Part shown: positions 40,174 through 48,254 of the stretch, one piece after another
How positions within the stretch are numbered: position 1 is the stretch's first letter
How the letters are laid out: the number at the start of each line of letters is the position of its first letter
NCBI GenBank assembly: GCA_031551525.1
Contig: JAVBNN010000009.1
Location: 67,835-131,834, forward strand
Direction: 5' to 3'
Origin: Acidaminococcales bacterium
Lineage (GTDB): Bacteria > Bacillota > Negativicutes > Acidaminococcales > JAISLQ01
DNA: 64,000 bases
Translations under genes and position numbers: made by a program
Notes under the pieces: generated by a model
Database searches by the model: none
What the model was told of the DNA's origin: nothing
The model's input: only the letters and a program-made list of their open reading frames with translations

Positions 40174-41409
40174 ATGCAAATAAAGCAAACGGTTTTACCA
40201 AACGGCATAAAAATCATCACGGACAGCATGAAAGAAGTCCGTTCGGCAACCCTGGGCATTTGGTTTACGTGCGGTTCACGCCAAGAAAACCCCGAACACG
40301 GAGGGGTAGCGCACCTTATAGAGCATATGATGTTTAAAGGGACAAACCGCCGCTCCGCCCGCCAGTTAGCGCAGGAAATGGACTATCTGGGTGGCCACAT
40401 GAATGCCTATACTTCCGCTGAATATACTTTTTACTACATGAAATCTTTAGACATTTATCTGGAAAAAGTATTTGACCTGTTGTCAGACATGTTATTAAAC
40501 CCTTTATTGGCGGAAAAAGATATAAAGAAAGAGAAGCGGATCATTTTGCAGGAATATGATATGTATGCGGATAACCCGGAAGATTTGGCGCAGGGGAAGT
40601 ATTTTTCCTGGGTGTGGCCCAAACATCCGCTGGGCATGAGTATTATCGGCAGTAAAAAGACTATCCGCGGACTGAATCGTACTGCCATAGAAAAATATCG
40701 TTCGGATTTTTACCGGCCGGACAATCTTATTGTTGCTGTAGCCGGCAATATAGAACACGAACAGGTAGTAGGATTGACTCAAAAATATCTCAAGGGTTTT
40801 ACCGGTACCTCGGTAAAGAAGAAAAACACCGCGGCTGTTTTTCACAGCGGAAAAAAGTATGTTGCTAAAGATACCGAGCAGACTCAGGTCATCTGGGGCG
40901 TACCGGGTATATCATACGCCGATGAGGATCGTTACCAGGCGGCCATTTTGAATAATATCATCGGGGCTTCGGGGTCGTCGCGGCTGTTCCAGTCTATACG
41001 GGAAGACGCAGGGCTTGCCTATTCCATATATTCCGGTTTTGACAGTTACAGTGACAGTGGTGTTTTCAGTATCAGCGCCGGCATAAAACCAGAAAACACT
41101 ACAAAATTGCTTTCATCCTTGAAAAAAGAAATAAATGATATTTTGGATAAAGGCATCACAGAAGCCGAACTCTCAAGAGCCAAAGAGCAGATAATCAGCA
41201 TGCTCTTGGTAGGGCTGGAAACATCCGACGGTCGGATGCAGCGCCTGGGAAAACTGCTGGTCATGGACAGGCCCGTACAGTCAGTCGAGGAGATAATAGA
41301 GCGAGTGTCGGCTATTACCGTGGAAGAAGTAAACGCTATGGCCCGTAGATTGTTCAAAGGCGTGCAGCCTGCTATTTTGCAGCTAGGACCAAAACTGGCA
41401 AAAAAATGA
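40174..41409 (+). CDS. M16-family zinc peptidase (pitrilysin/insulinase-like, MlpA/YmxG-like)
   Basis: Inverted zinc motif HLIEHMMFKGT. 411 aa. Conserved position after pnp, as in Bacillus. Confidence 0.85.
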   Translation: MQIKQTVLPNGIKIITDSMKEVRSATLGIWFTCGSRQENPEHGGVAHLIEHMMFKGTNRRSARQLAQEMDYLGGHMNAYTSAEYTFYYMKSLDIYLEKVFDLLSDMLLNPLLAEKDIKKEKRIILQEYDMYADNPEDLAQGKYFSWVWPKHPLGMSIIGSKKTIRGLNRTAIEKYRSDFYRPDNLIVAVAGNIEHEQVVGLTQKYLKGFTGTSVKKKNTAAVFHSGKKYVAKDTEQTQVIWGVPGISYADEDRYQAAILNNIIGASGSSRLFQSIREDAGLAYSIYSGFDSYSDSGVFSISAGIKPENTTKLLSSLKKEINDILDKGITEAELSRAKEQIISMLLVGLETSDGRMQRLGKLLVMDRPVQSVEEIIERVSAITVEEVNAMARRLFKGVQPAILQLGPKLAKK

Positions 41410-41418
41410 GGTAACAGT

Positions 41419-41874
41419 ATGAAAGAACGCGGTTTTGAAGTGGTTACGGTTTATCTTGAAAAAGAGATAGCTCTTCCGGAACGCAAAACGGCTTTAAGCG
41501 CGGGCTATGATCTGGCCTCCGCAGAAGACTGCCTTGTAAAGGCCGGGGCAGTGACTATAGTAACAACCGGTTTGAAAGCCTACATGCAAAAAGATGAATA
41601 TCTTGGCATACATATACGTTCGGGATTGTCGATAAAAAACTCTTTGAGTCTCATCAACGGCCAAGGGATAATCGATGCTGATTACTACAACAATAAGGAC
41701 AACGAAGGCCATATCATGATTGCTTTTTACAATCATGCGGATCAGGATTTTCAGATCAAAAAAGGCGACCGCATCGCCCAGGGTATATTTTATAAGTACC
41801 TTACCACAGATAGCGACGCGGCCTCGAAAAAAACTGAACGTACCGGCGGATTTGGCAGTACCAAGGGTTTTTAA
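41419..41874 (+). CDS. dut: dUTP diphosphatase
   Basis: SAGYDL, IRSGLS, GIIDADY and the C-terminal RTGGFGST motif V. Confidence 0.9.
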   Translation: MKERGFEVVTVYLEKEIALPERKTALSAGYDLASAEDCLVKAGAVTIVTTGLKAYMQKDEYLGIHIRSGLSIKNSLSLINGQGIIDADYYNNKDNEGHIMIAFYNHADQDFQIKKGDRIAQGIFYKYLTTDSDAASKKTERTGGFGSTKGF

Positions 41875-41903
41875 TTGACAAAGGTATGTTTTAGTAGTAA
41901 AAT
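41875..41903 (+). promoter_or_regulatory. sigma-A type promoter of the lysine-riboswitch operon
   Basis: TTGACA, a 17-nt spacer, then TAAAAT. Lies directly after the dut stop. Confidence 0.55.
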
Positions 41904-41924
41904 ATTTATAATATAATAAATATG

Positions 41925-42085
41925 TATGGTAGAGGAGCGGGAAGCATCAGTAGACCGGGGAGACGGAATCCATGAACCGGTGCGAAAGGGCGGCCGCCGA
42001 AGTATAAAGACCTCCAAAGTCTTTATGCTGGTTATACAGCGAATAACTGTATGATTGTCACCTATGGGTGGAGCGCTATCTCAAA
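41925..42085 (+). promoter_or_regulatory. lysine riboswitch (L-box)
   Basis: Conserved elements in the canonical order: GTAGAGGAGCG, CAGTAG, GGGGA, GTGCGAAAGGG, GCCGAAG, CTGG, TGTCAC, GGTGGAGCGCTATC. Confidence 0.8.
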
Positions 42086-42114
42086 TGAAACATCGTGTAT
42101 TATAGGGATGTTGC

Positions 42115-42152
42115 AGCCGTTGAGAGAAAGCTCAATGGCTTGTTTGTTTTTT
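42115..42152 (+). terminator. L-box terminator (expression platform)
   Basis: AGCCGTTGAG-agaaag-CTCAATGGCT followed by TGTTTGTTTTTT. Confidence 0.75.
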
Positions 42153-42179
42153 AAAAGCAAAAGAAAGGGGCGGTCGGAT

Positions 42180-42974
42180 ATGACGAAAGTAGTAGTAAAT
42201 GGCGCACTGGGCAGGATGGGCCGTGAGGTGTTAAAAGCAGTGCTGTCCGATAAAGATACGCAATTGGTGGGAGCAGTGGATGTCGCCGCTAAAGGAGAAC
42301 GCGTTGGCACCCTTTTAGCAGTAGATTGCGATATAACAGTTATGGGTGACCTTACCAAAGTGTTGGATGATTGTCGGCCGGACGTAGTGGTAGATTTTAC
42401 ACAACCAGCCGTGGTAATGAGCAATCTCCGTCTTATCTTAGGTAAAGGAGTGCGCGCGGTTGTCGGCACTACCGGTTTTGCTAAAGAACAACTGGCAGAA
42501 CTCGACAAGCTTTCCCGTGAACATGATACGGCTGTTTTGATCGCACCAAACTTTTCCATCGGTGCCATACTTATGATGCGTTTAGCTGTGCAGGCTGTCA
42601 AATATCTGCCTAAAGCCGAAATAATAGAACTGCATCACGACAATAAACTGGATGCGCCATCGGGTACCGCCGCCTGGACAGCCGATTTGATGGTGGAAGC
42701 GCGGGGCGGGTTTGTGCAGCAGGGTCATCCGGATGAAGAGGAAAAATACCCTGGTGCCCGAGGAGCAAATGTAGACGGGCTGCGTATCCACAGCGTAAGA
42801 TTGCCCGGTTATGTTGCACATCAGGAAGTCATATTCGGTGGAGTGGGGGAAACCCTTACTATCAGGCATGACTCCATATCAAGAGAGTGTTTCATGCCGG
42901 GCGTGTTGCTCGGTTGCCGCAGGATCGGCAAATGCACCGGACTGGTCTACGGTCTGGATAAAATAATGGACTAA
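42180..42974 (+). CDS. dapB: 4-hydroxy-tetrahydrodipicolinate reductase
   Basis: The real start is MTKVVVNGALGRMG (NAD-binding GxxGxxG); also ELHHDNKLDAPSGTA. The upstream part of the listed ORF is the riboswitch. Confidence 0.9.
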   Translation: MTKVVVNGALGRMGREVLKAVLSDKDTQLVGAVDVAAKGERVGTLLAVDCDITVMGDLTKVLDDCRPDVVVDFTQPAVVMSNLRLILGKGVRAVVGTTGFAKEQLAELDKLSREHDTAVLIAPNFSIGAILMMRLAVQAVKYLPKAEIIELHHDNKLDAPSGTAAWTADLMVEARGGFVQQGHPDEEEKYPGARGANVDGLRIHSVRLPGYVAHQEVIFGGVGETLTIRHDSISRECFMPGVLLGCRRIGKCTGLVYGLDKIMD

Positions 42975-42989
42975 CGGGGAGTGATAAAA

Positions 42990-44021
42990 ATGAAAAAATA
43001 CAATGTGGCTATTCTCGGTGCGACTGGAGCAGTAGGGCAGGAGTTTCTCGATCTCATTGCAGAAAGAAATTTCCCATTCAACGAACTGCGTTTGTTGGCT
43101 TCCGCTCGGTCCGATGGCAAACAAATAGATTTTATGGGCAAGAAATACACGGTTCAGGAAGCCACTGCCAAATCATTTGAAGGTATCGACATAGCATTGT
43201 TCGCCGGTGGCGGCGTAGGCAAAGAATTGGCTCCACACGCGGTAAAAGCTGGCGCTGTGGTAATAGACAATTCCAGTACTTTTCGCATGGATCCAGATGT
43301 TCCCCTTGTGGTGCCTGAAGTTAACCCAGAAGCCCTGCGTAAACACAAAGGCATCATCGCCAACCCCAATTGTTCTACCATTATCATGGTCGTGGCGCTT
43401 AAACCTATCTATGACCTGGCAAAAATAAAACGTATAGTAGTTTCCACCTATCAGGCCGTATCCGGCGCAGGCAAGGAGGCCATCGACGAACTCAACGAAC
43501 AGGTCAAGGCTCATAGCGAAGGCAAAGAAATGGTGGCTAATATACTGCCCAGCGCCAGCCTGCCTAAACATTATCCTATTGCTTTCAACCTGATACCGCA
43601 AATAGATGTTTTTCTTGATAATGACTATACTAAAGAAGAGATGAAAATGGTCAACGAAACAAGGAAAATCATGGAAGACGACAATATAGCCATCACTGCC
43701 ACCACTATCCGGGTGCCTGTATACCGCAGCCACTCGGAATCGGTAAACATCGAACTGGAAAAACCGCTAGCGGTGAACGCGATAAAAGCGGCTTTGGCAA
43801 AATTCCCCGGTGTCGTATTACAGGATGAGCCAGCGAGTATGGTTTATCCCATGCCGCTTTACACATCCAAACTCGATGATGTATATGTCGGCAGGGTAAG
43901 AAAAGATGAATCACTGGACAATGCATACAATATGTGGGTAGTGGGTGACCAGATCAGGAAAGGCGCCGCCCTTAACACGCTGCAAATAGCCGAAAAAATG
44001 ATCGAAATGAAGCTTATCTAA
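42990..44021 (+). CDS. asd: aspartate-semialdehyde dehydrogenase
   Basis: VAILGATGAVGQ, IANPNCSTI (catalytic Cys), QAVSGAG. Confidence 0.95.
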   Translation: MKKYNVAILGATGAVGQEFLDLIAERNFPFNELRLLASARSDGKQIDFMGKKYTVQEATAKSFEGIDIALFAGGGVGKELAPHAVKAGAVVIDNSSTFRMDPDVPLVVPEVNPEALRKHKGIIANPNCSTIIMVVALKPIYDLAKIKRIVVSTYQAVSGAGKEAIDELNEQVKAHSEGKEMVANILPSASLPKHYPIAFNLIPQIDVFLDNDYTKEEMKMVNETRKIMEDDNIAITATTIRVPVYRSHSESVNIELEKPLAVNAIKAALAKFPGVVLQDEPASMVYPMPLYTSKLDDVYVGRVRKDESLDNAYNMWVVGDQIRKGAALNTLQIAEKMIEMKLI

Positions 44022-44036
44022 AGGAGCGTTTGAAAA

Positions 44037-45257
44037 GTGAGGATAATCGTACAGAAATTTGGCGGCACATCGGTTGCCACGGCTGAATCGCGCCAGGCAG
44101 TCAGGCAAAAGGTGCTTAACGCCATTGACGAAGGGTTTTCACCCATATTGGTAGTATCCGCCATGGGGCGCAAGGGCGATCCATATGCCACCGATAGTCT
44201 TATTGAACTACTGAAAAAAGAAAACGCCTCGGTAGCTAAACATGAGATGGATTTTCTCATGAGCTGCGGTGAAAATATCGGTGCTGCGGTAGTTGCGGCA
44301 AACCTTCAGGCAGTAGGGCTAAAAGCACAGGCTCTCACCGGCGGGCAAGCCGGCATGATCACGGATGCTAATTTTGGCGCCGCGCGTATCCTTAAAGTTA
44401 ACGTAAAACATCTAATGATGTTATTGGGTAAAGGCATTGTTCCGGTGGTCTGCGGCTTTCAAGGTACCACGGAAGACGGATATAATATCACGACTATTGG
44501 CCGGGGCGGCAGCGATACGACTGCCGCTGCGCTGGGCGCCGCTCTGAAAGCGGAAGTCGTCGAGATATATACCGATGTAGACGGTATCATGACTGCCGAC
44601 CCGCGTATAGTCAAAGAGGCTAAAATACTTGAGTGCATTTCTTATGGCGAAATATGCCAGCTAGCTTATCAGGGCGCGAAGGTCATTCATCCCCGGGCGG
44701 TAGAAATAGCTATGCAGAAGAACATCCCGATCCTGATAAAATCTACTTTCAGTAATGCGCCCGGCACACTTATAACCAATGATTTTGGCGAAGACACATC
44801 CGATCTTCCGACTAATGCTAACATAGCCAGTGGAGTTACCTATATACAAAATATCAGCCAGATAAAAGTTGTTCTAAATAAAAACGACAGTACGGATATT
44901 TTCGATCTTTTAGCCAAAAACGGGGTAAATGTGGATTGCCTCAATGTCCTGCCGGGTGAAGTGTTGTTTACTGTTGATGAAGCCGATCTCAACAAAGCTT
45001 TAGAGCTCTTACAGGATAAAGATGCCGGTACAGTCAGTGTGGTAAAAAACTGTGCCAAAGTATCTGTAGTAGGCGCCGGCATGCGAGGGGTGCCAGGTGT
45101 TATGGCCACTTTCGTCCGAGCGTTTTCCGATCTGGGCATTCCCATATTGCAAACGGTGGACTCCAACATCACGATTTCCGCGGTTATTGACCGTGAACAG
45201 CTCAGCACAGCATTATGCGGTTTACATCATTCCTTTGAACTGACAAAAAACCATTAG
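44037..45257 (+). CDS. lysC: aspartate kinase (with C-terminal ACT domains)
   Basis: IVQKFGGTSV, VVSAMG..TD, LGRGGSDTTA, TDVDGI.TADPR. GTG start after AAAGGAG. Confidence 0.9.
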   Translation: MRIIVQKFGGTSVATAESRQAVRQKVLNAIDEGFSPILVVSAMGRKGDPYATDSLIELLKKENASVAKHEMDFLMSCGENIGAAVVAANLQAVGLKAQALTGGQAGMITDANFGAARILKVNVKHLMMLLGKGIVPVVCGFQGTTEDGYNITTIGRGGSDTTAAALGAALKAEVVEIYTDVDGIMTADPRIVKEAKILECISYGEICQLAYQGAKVIHPRAVEIAMQKNIPILIKSTFSNAPGTLITNDFGEDTSDLPTNANIASGVTYIQNISQIKVVLNKNDSTDIFDLLAKNGVNVDCLNVLPGEVLFTVDEADLNKALELLQDKDAGTVSVVKNCAKVSVVGAGMRGVPGVMATFVRAFSDLGIPILQTVDSNITISAVIDREQLSTALCGLHHSFELTKNH

Positions 45258-45270
45258 GAAGGTGAGAAAA

Positions 45271-46158
45271 ATGAAAATCCCTTATTTTGGACAGTTGTTG
45301 ACAGCTATGGTTACGCCCATGAATGCCGATTACAGTATAAATTATGAAAAAGCTGCCGACTTGGCGGAATATCTTATCAACAATGGCAACGACGGCCTTG
45401 TCGTGGCTGGATCCACAGGTGAGGCCGCCACTATGAACCATGCTGAAAAGCTGGAACTGTTTCGTGTGGTGGCTAAACGGGTAAACAAAAGAGCTATGCT
45501 GGTAGGCGGCACAGGTTCCAATGACACAAGAGATTCAATCGAACTTACCAAAGCCGCGGAAAGCACGGGGATAGACGGCGTCATGCTGGTCGGGCCTTAT
45601 TACAATAAACCCACCCAGGAAGGCTTTTATCAGCACTTTAAAACTATTGCCAGGTCGACAAAACTACCTGTCATAGTCTATAATGTGCCTGGGCGTACGA
45701 GTTCCAATATCATGCCGACTACCATAGCACGTCTGGCCGCTGATGTTAAAAATATCGTAGCGATCAAAGAAGCGGCAGGTAGCGTAGATCAGGCCGCCGA
45801 ATTGAGAAAAATACTGCCGGAAGACTTTACTATTTATAGTGGCGACGATAGCTTGACACTTCCTTTTTTCTCTGTAGGCGCCAATGGCGTTATCAGCGTA
45901 GCCGGACATGTAGTGGGTAAGCAGATGAAAGAAATGATGACGGCTTTTGAAGCGGGTGATACGCAAAAAGCCCGGCGCATACACTTGGAACTACTTGATT
46001 TCTTTAAAGTTATTTTTATTACTACAAACCCCATCCCCATCAAAACAGCAGCCAGTAAAGCATCGCAAATCGACTGCGGCCCCCTGCGTCTCCCGTTGAC
46101 GGCTCTTAACGAGGCCGAAAGCGAAAAAATTGACAAAGTGATGCAGGGATTAAAATAA
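45271..46158 (+). CDS. dapA: 4-hydroxy-tetrahydrodipicolinate synthase
   Basis: TAMVTPM, GLVVAGSTGE, YNVPGRT, IVAIKEA (Schiff-base Lys). Confidence 0.95.
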   Translation: MKIPYFGQLLTAMVTPMNADYSINYEKAADLAEYLINNGNDGLVVAGSTGEAATMNHAEKLELFRVVAKRVNKRAMLVGGTGSNDTRDSIELTKAAESTGIDGVMLVGPYYNKPTQEGFYQHFKTIARSTKLPVIVYNVPGRTSSNIMPTTIARLAADVKNIVAIKEAAGSVDQAAELRKILPEDFTIYSGDDSLTLPFFSVGANGVISVAGHVVGKQMKEMMTAFEAGDTQKARRIHLELLDFFKVIFITTNPIPIKTAASKASQIDCGPLRLPLTALNEAESEKIDKVMQGLK

Positions 46159-46167
46159 AGTGTTTTT

Positions 46168-46204
46168 AAATCCCACATCTTGAGCGGATGTGGGATTTAT
46201 TTTT
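46168..46204 (+). terminator. intrinsic terminator
   Basis: 12-bp stem AAATCCCACATC/GATGTGGGATTT followed by ATTTTT. Confidence 0.8.
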
Positions 46205-46205
46205 C

Positions 46206-46234
46206 TTGCAAATTCGGAGTGTTTCACTTATAAT
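46206..46234 (+). promoter_or_regulatory. sigma-A type promoter upstream of a long rnj leader
   Basis: TTGCAA, a 17-nt spacer, then TATAAT, about 245 nt upstream of the RNase J start. Confidence 0.5.
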
Positions 46235-46479
46235 AATAATCAAAGTTGATGCGCGGCTGAAAATTTTATTACTGGTGAAATGAACGGTACGACAAAGATA
46301 CGGAAAGTATCCTGGCGGAAAGCACACCGGCCAGGTCTTTTGTGTTGTTTGCATATAATAACCTTTGACCGTATATCGTGGCTAGGCGGATAGCTGCGGT
46401 ATTTTATACATCCAATTAATAAGAAAATAATGCAGTTTGCCAATACTTAAATGAATTTTGCAAATGGAGGTGCAATTTT

Positions 46480-48141
46480 TTGTCAACTCGTGAAAAACTA
46501 CAAATAATACCTTTAGGTGGACTTGGTGAAATAGGAAAGAATATGACAGTCATCCGTTATGGCGACGATATGGTGGTCATAGACGCAGGGCTAATGTTCC
46601 CGGAAGACGACATGCTGGGAGTAGACCTTGTCATTCCCGATATCAGCTATCTTACGGACAACAAGGCTAAACTGAAAGCCATACTTTTGACCCATGGTCA
46701 TGAAGACCACATCGGAGCGTTGCCCTACGTTATGAAAGAGGTGGACGTTCCCGTTTATGGTACGCCGCTTACTTTAGGAATATTGCAAGGGCGGCTCAAA
46801 GAAAATGGAGTGGCATCGACCAACCTGAAAGCCATAAATGCTGGACAGACCATAAAAATAGGCTGTTTTACCGCTGAGTTTTTACGTGTAAATCATAGTA
46901 TAGCGGATTCAGTAGCTATCGCCTTACACACTCCGATTGGCACGATCGTGCATACAGGTGATTTTAAACTTGACCAAACACCGGTCGATGGACAAAGAAC
47001 GGATTTTGCTCGTTTTGCCGAACTGGGCGATAAAGGCGTTCTCGTAATGCTCGCCGACAGCACAAATGCTGAACGCCCCGGTTACACGCAAAGCGAGAAA
47101 ACTGTTGGAGCTACTTTTGACGAAGTATTCCGTACAGCACCAAGCCGGATAATCATCGCCAGCTTTTCGTCCAATGTCCACCGCATACAGCAAGCGATAG
47201 ACAGTGCCTGTAAATACAAACGCAAATTGGCCGTAATCGGTCGCAGTATGGTCAATGTAGTAAGCATTGCCGTGGAGTTGGGCTATTTGAATATACCCGA
47301 AGGGGTACTGATCGATATAGACGAAGCGAATAGATATCCCGGATCGCAACTAGTAGTCATGACCACCGGAAGCCAGGGCGAACCCATGTCGGCACTTACT
47401 CGCATGGCTATGGCCGATCACAAGAAAATGTCTATTGTGCCAAGTGACACGGTGATAATTTCCGCTACACCGATACCTGGCAATGAAAAACTAGTCGCTC
47501 GCACGGTAGACCTTCTTTTCAGACTGGGCGCCGACGTTATTTATGACCGTTCTTTCGGTGTACACGTTTCCGGCCACGCTAGCCAAGAAGAATTGAAGAT
47601 GATGCACACATTGGTACGTCCCAAGTTTTTTATCCCCGTACACGGAGAATATCGCCATCTTATAAAACACGCGCGCTTGGCAAATGAACTGGGCATGCCA
47701 AAAGAAAATATTTTTGTTACGGAAAACGGCTCGGTTATCGAAATAACGCCAGACAAAGGAACTATAACAAATAAAGTAACTGCCGGGAAGGTACTGGTAG
47801 ACGGTCTGGGAGTTGGCGATGTCGGCAATATAGTTTTGCGTGACCGTCGGCAGTTGTCGCAAGACGGCATCCTGATAGTAGTCGTGACACTCGATAAGCA
47901 GCATTGCGCGGTGGTAGCCGGTCCGGACATAGTATCACGCGGCTTTGTATATATCCGCGAAGCGGATCAGCTTATGGACGAGGCGAGAGATAAAGTGCAA
48001 CTGGCACTGGATAAATGTCAAGTGAACGAAGTATCGGAGTGGTCGGCTATAAAATCCGCAGTTAGAGATTCTCTGGGCCGGTTTTTATATGAAAAAACCC
48101 GCCGCCGACCTATGATACTTCCTATCATTATGGAAATATGA
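46480..48141 (+). CDS. rnj: ribonuclease J
   Basis: IPLGGLGEIGKNM and the HGHEDHIG metallo-beta-lactamase motif, with beta-CASP and C-terminal domains. TTG start 9 nt after GGAGGT. Confidence 0.95.
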   Translation: MSTREKLQIIPLGGLGEIGKNMTVIRYGDDMVVIDAGLMFPEDDMLGVDLVIPDISYLTDNKAKLKAILLTHGHEDHIGALPYVMKEVDVPVYGTPLTLGILQGRLKENGVASTNLKAINAGQTIKIGCFTAEFLRVNHSIADSVAIALHTPIGTIVHTGDFKLDQTPVDGQRTDFARFAELGDKGVLVMLADSTNAERPGYTQSEKTVGATFDEVFRTAPSRIIIASFSSNVHRIQQAIDSACKYKRKLAVIGRSMVNVVSIAVELGYLNIPEGVLIDIDEANRYPGSQLVVMTTGSQGEPMSALTRMAMADHKKMSIVPSDTVIISATPIPGNEKLVARTVDLLFRLGADVIYDRSFGVHVSGHASQEELKMMHTLVRPKFFIPVHGEYRHLIKHARLANELGMPKENIFVTENGSVIEITPDKGTITNKVTAGKVLVDGLGVGDVGNIVLRDRRQLSQDGILIVVVTLDKQHCAVVAGPDIVSRGFVYIREADQLMDEARDKVQLALDKCQVNEVSEWSAIKSAVRDSLGRFLYEKTRRRPMILPIIMEI

Positions 48142-48145
48142 TTTT

Positions 48146-48172
48146 AGTGCGCTCGAAAAAGCGCACTTTTTC
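48146..48172 (+). terminator. intrinsic terminator
   Basis: AGTGCGC-tcgaaaaa-GCGCACT followed by TTTTT. Confidence 0.75.
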
Positions 48173-48254
48173 CTTGAAACCGCTTGTTTTAGCCACACAA
48201 AATAAAGGAAATTTATTATAAACATAGAATATAATACATTTAGAGGTGGTTCTT

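Noticed and set aside
42051-42179. The N-terminal 43 codons of the listed dapB ORF
   Set aside because: This stretch is the 3' part of the lysine riboswitch and its terminator. The canonical DapB N-terminus (MTKVVVNGALGRMG) starts at 42180 behind an RBS.
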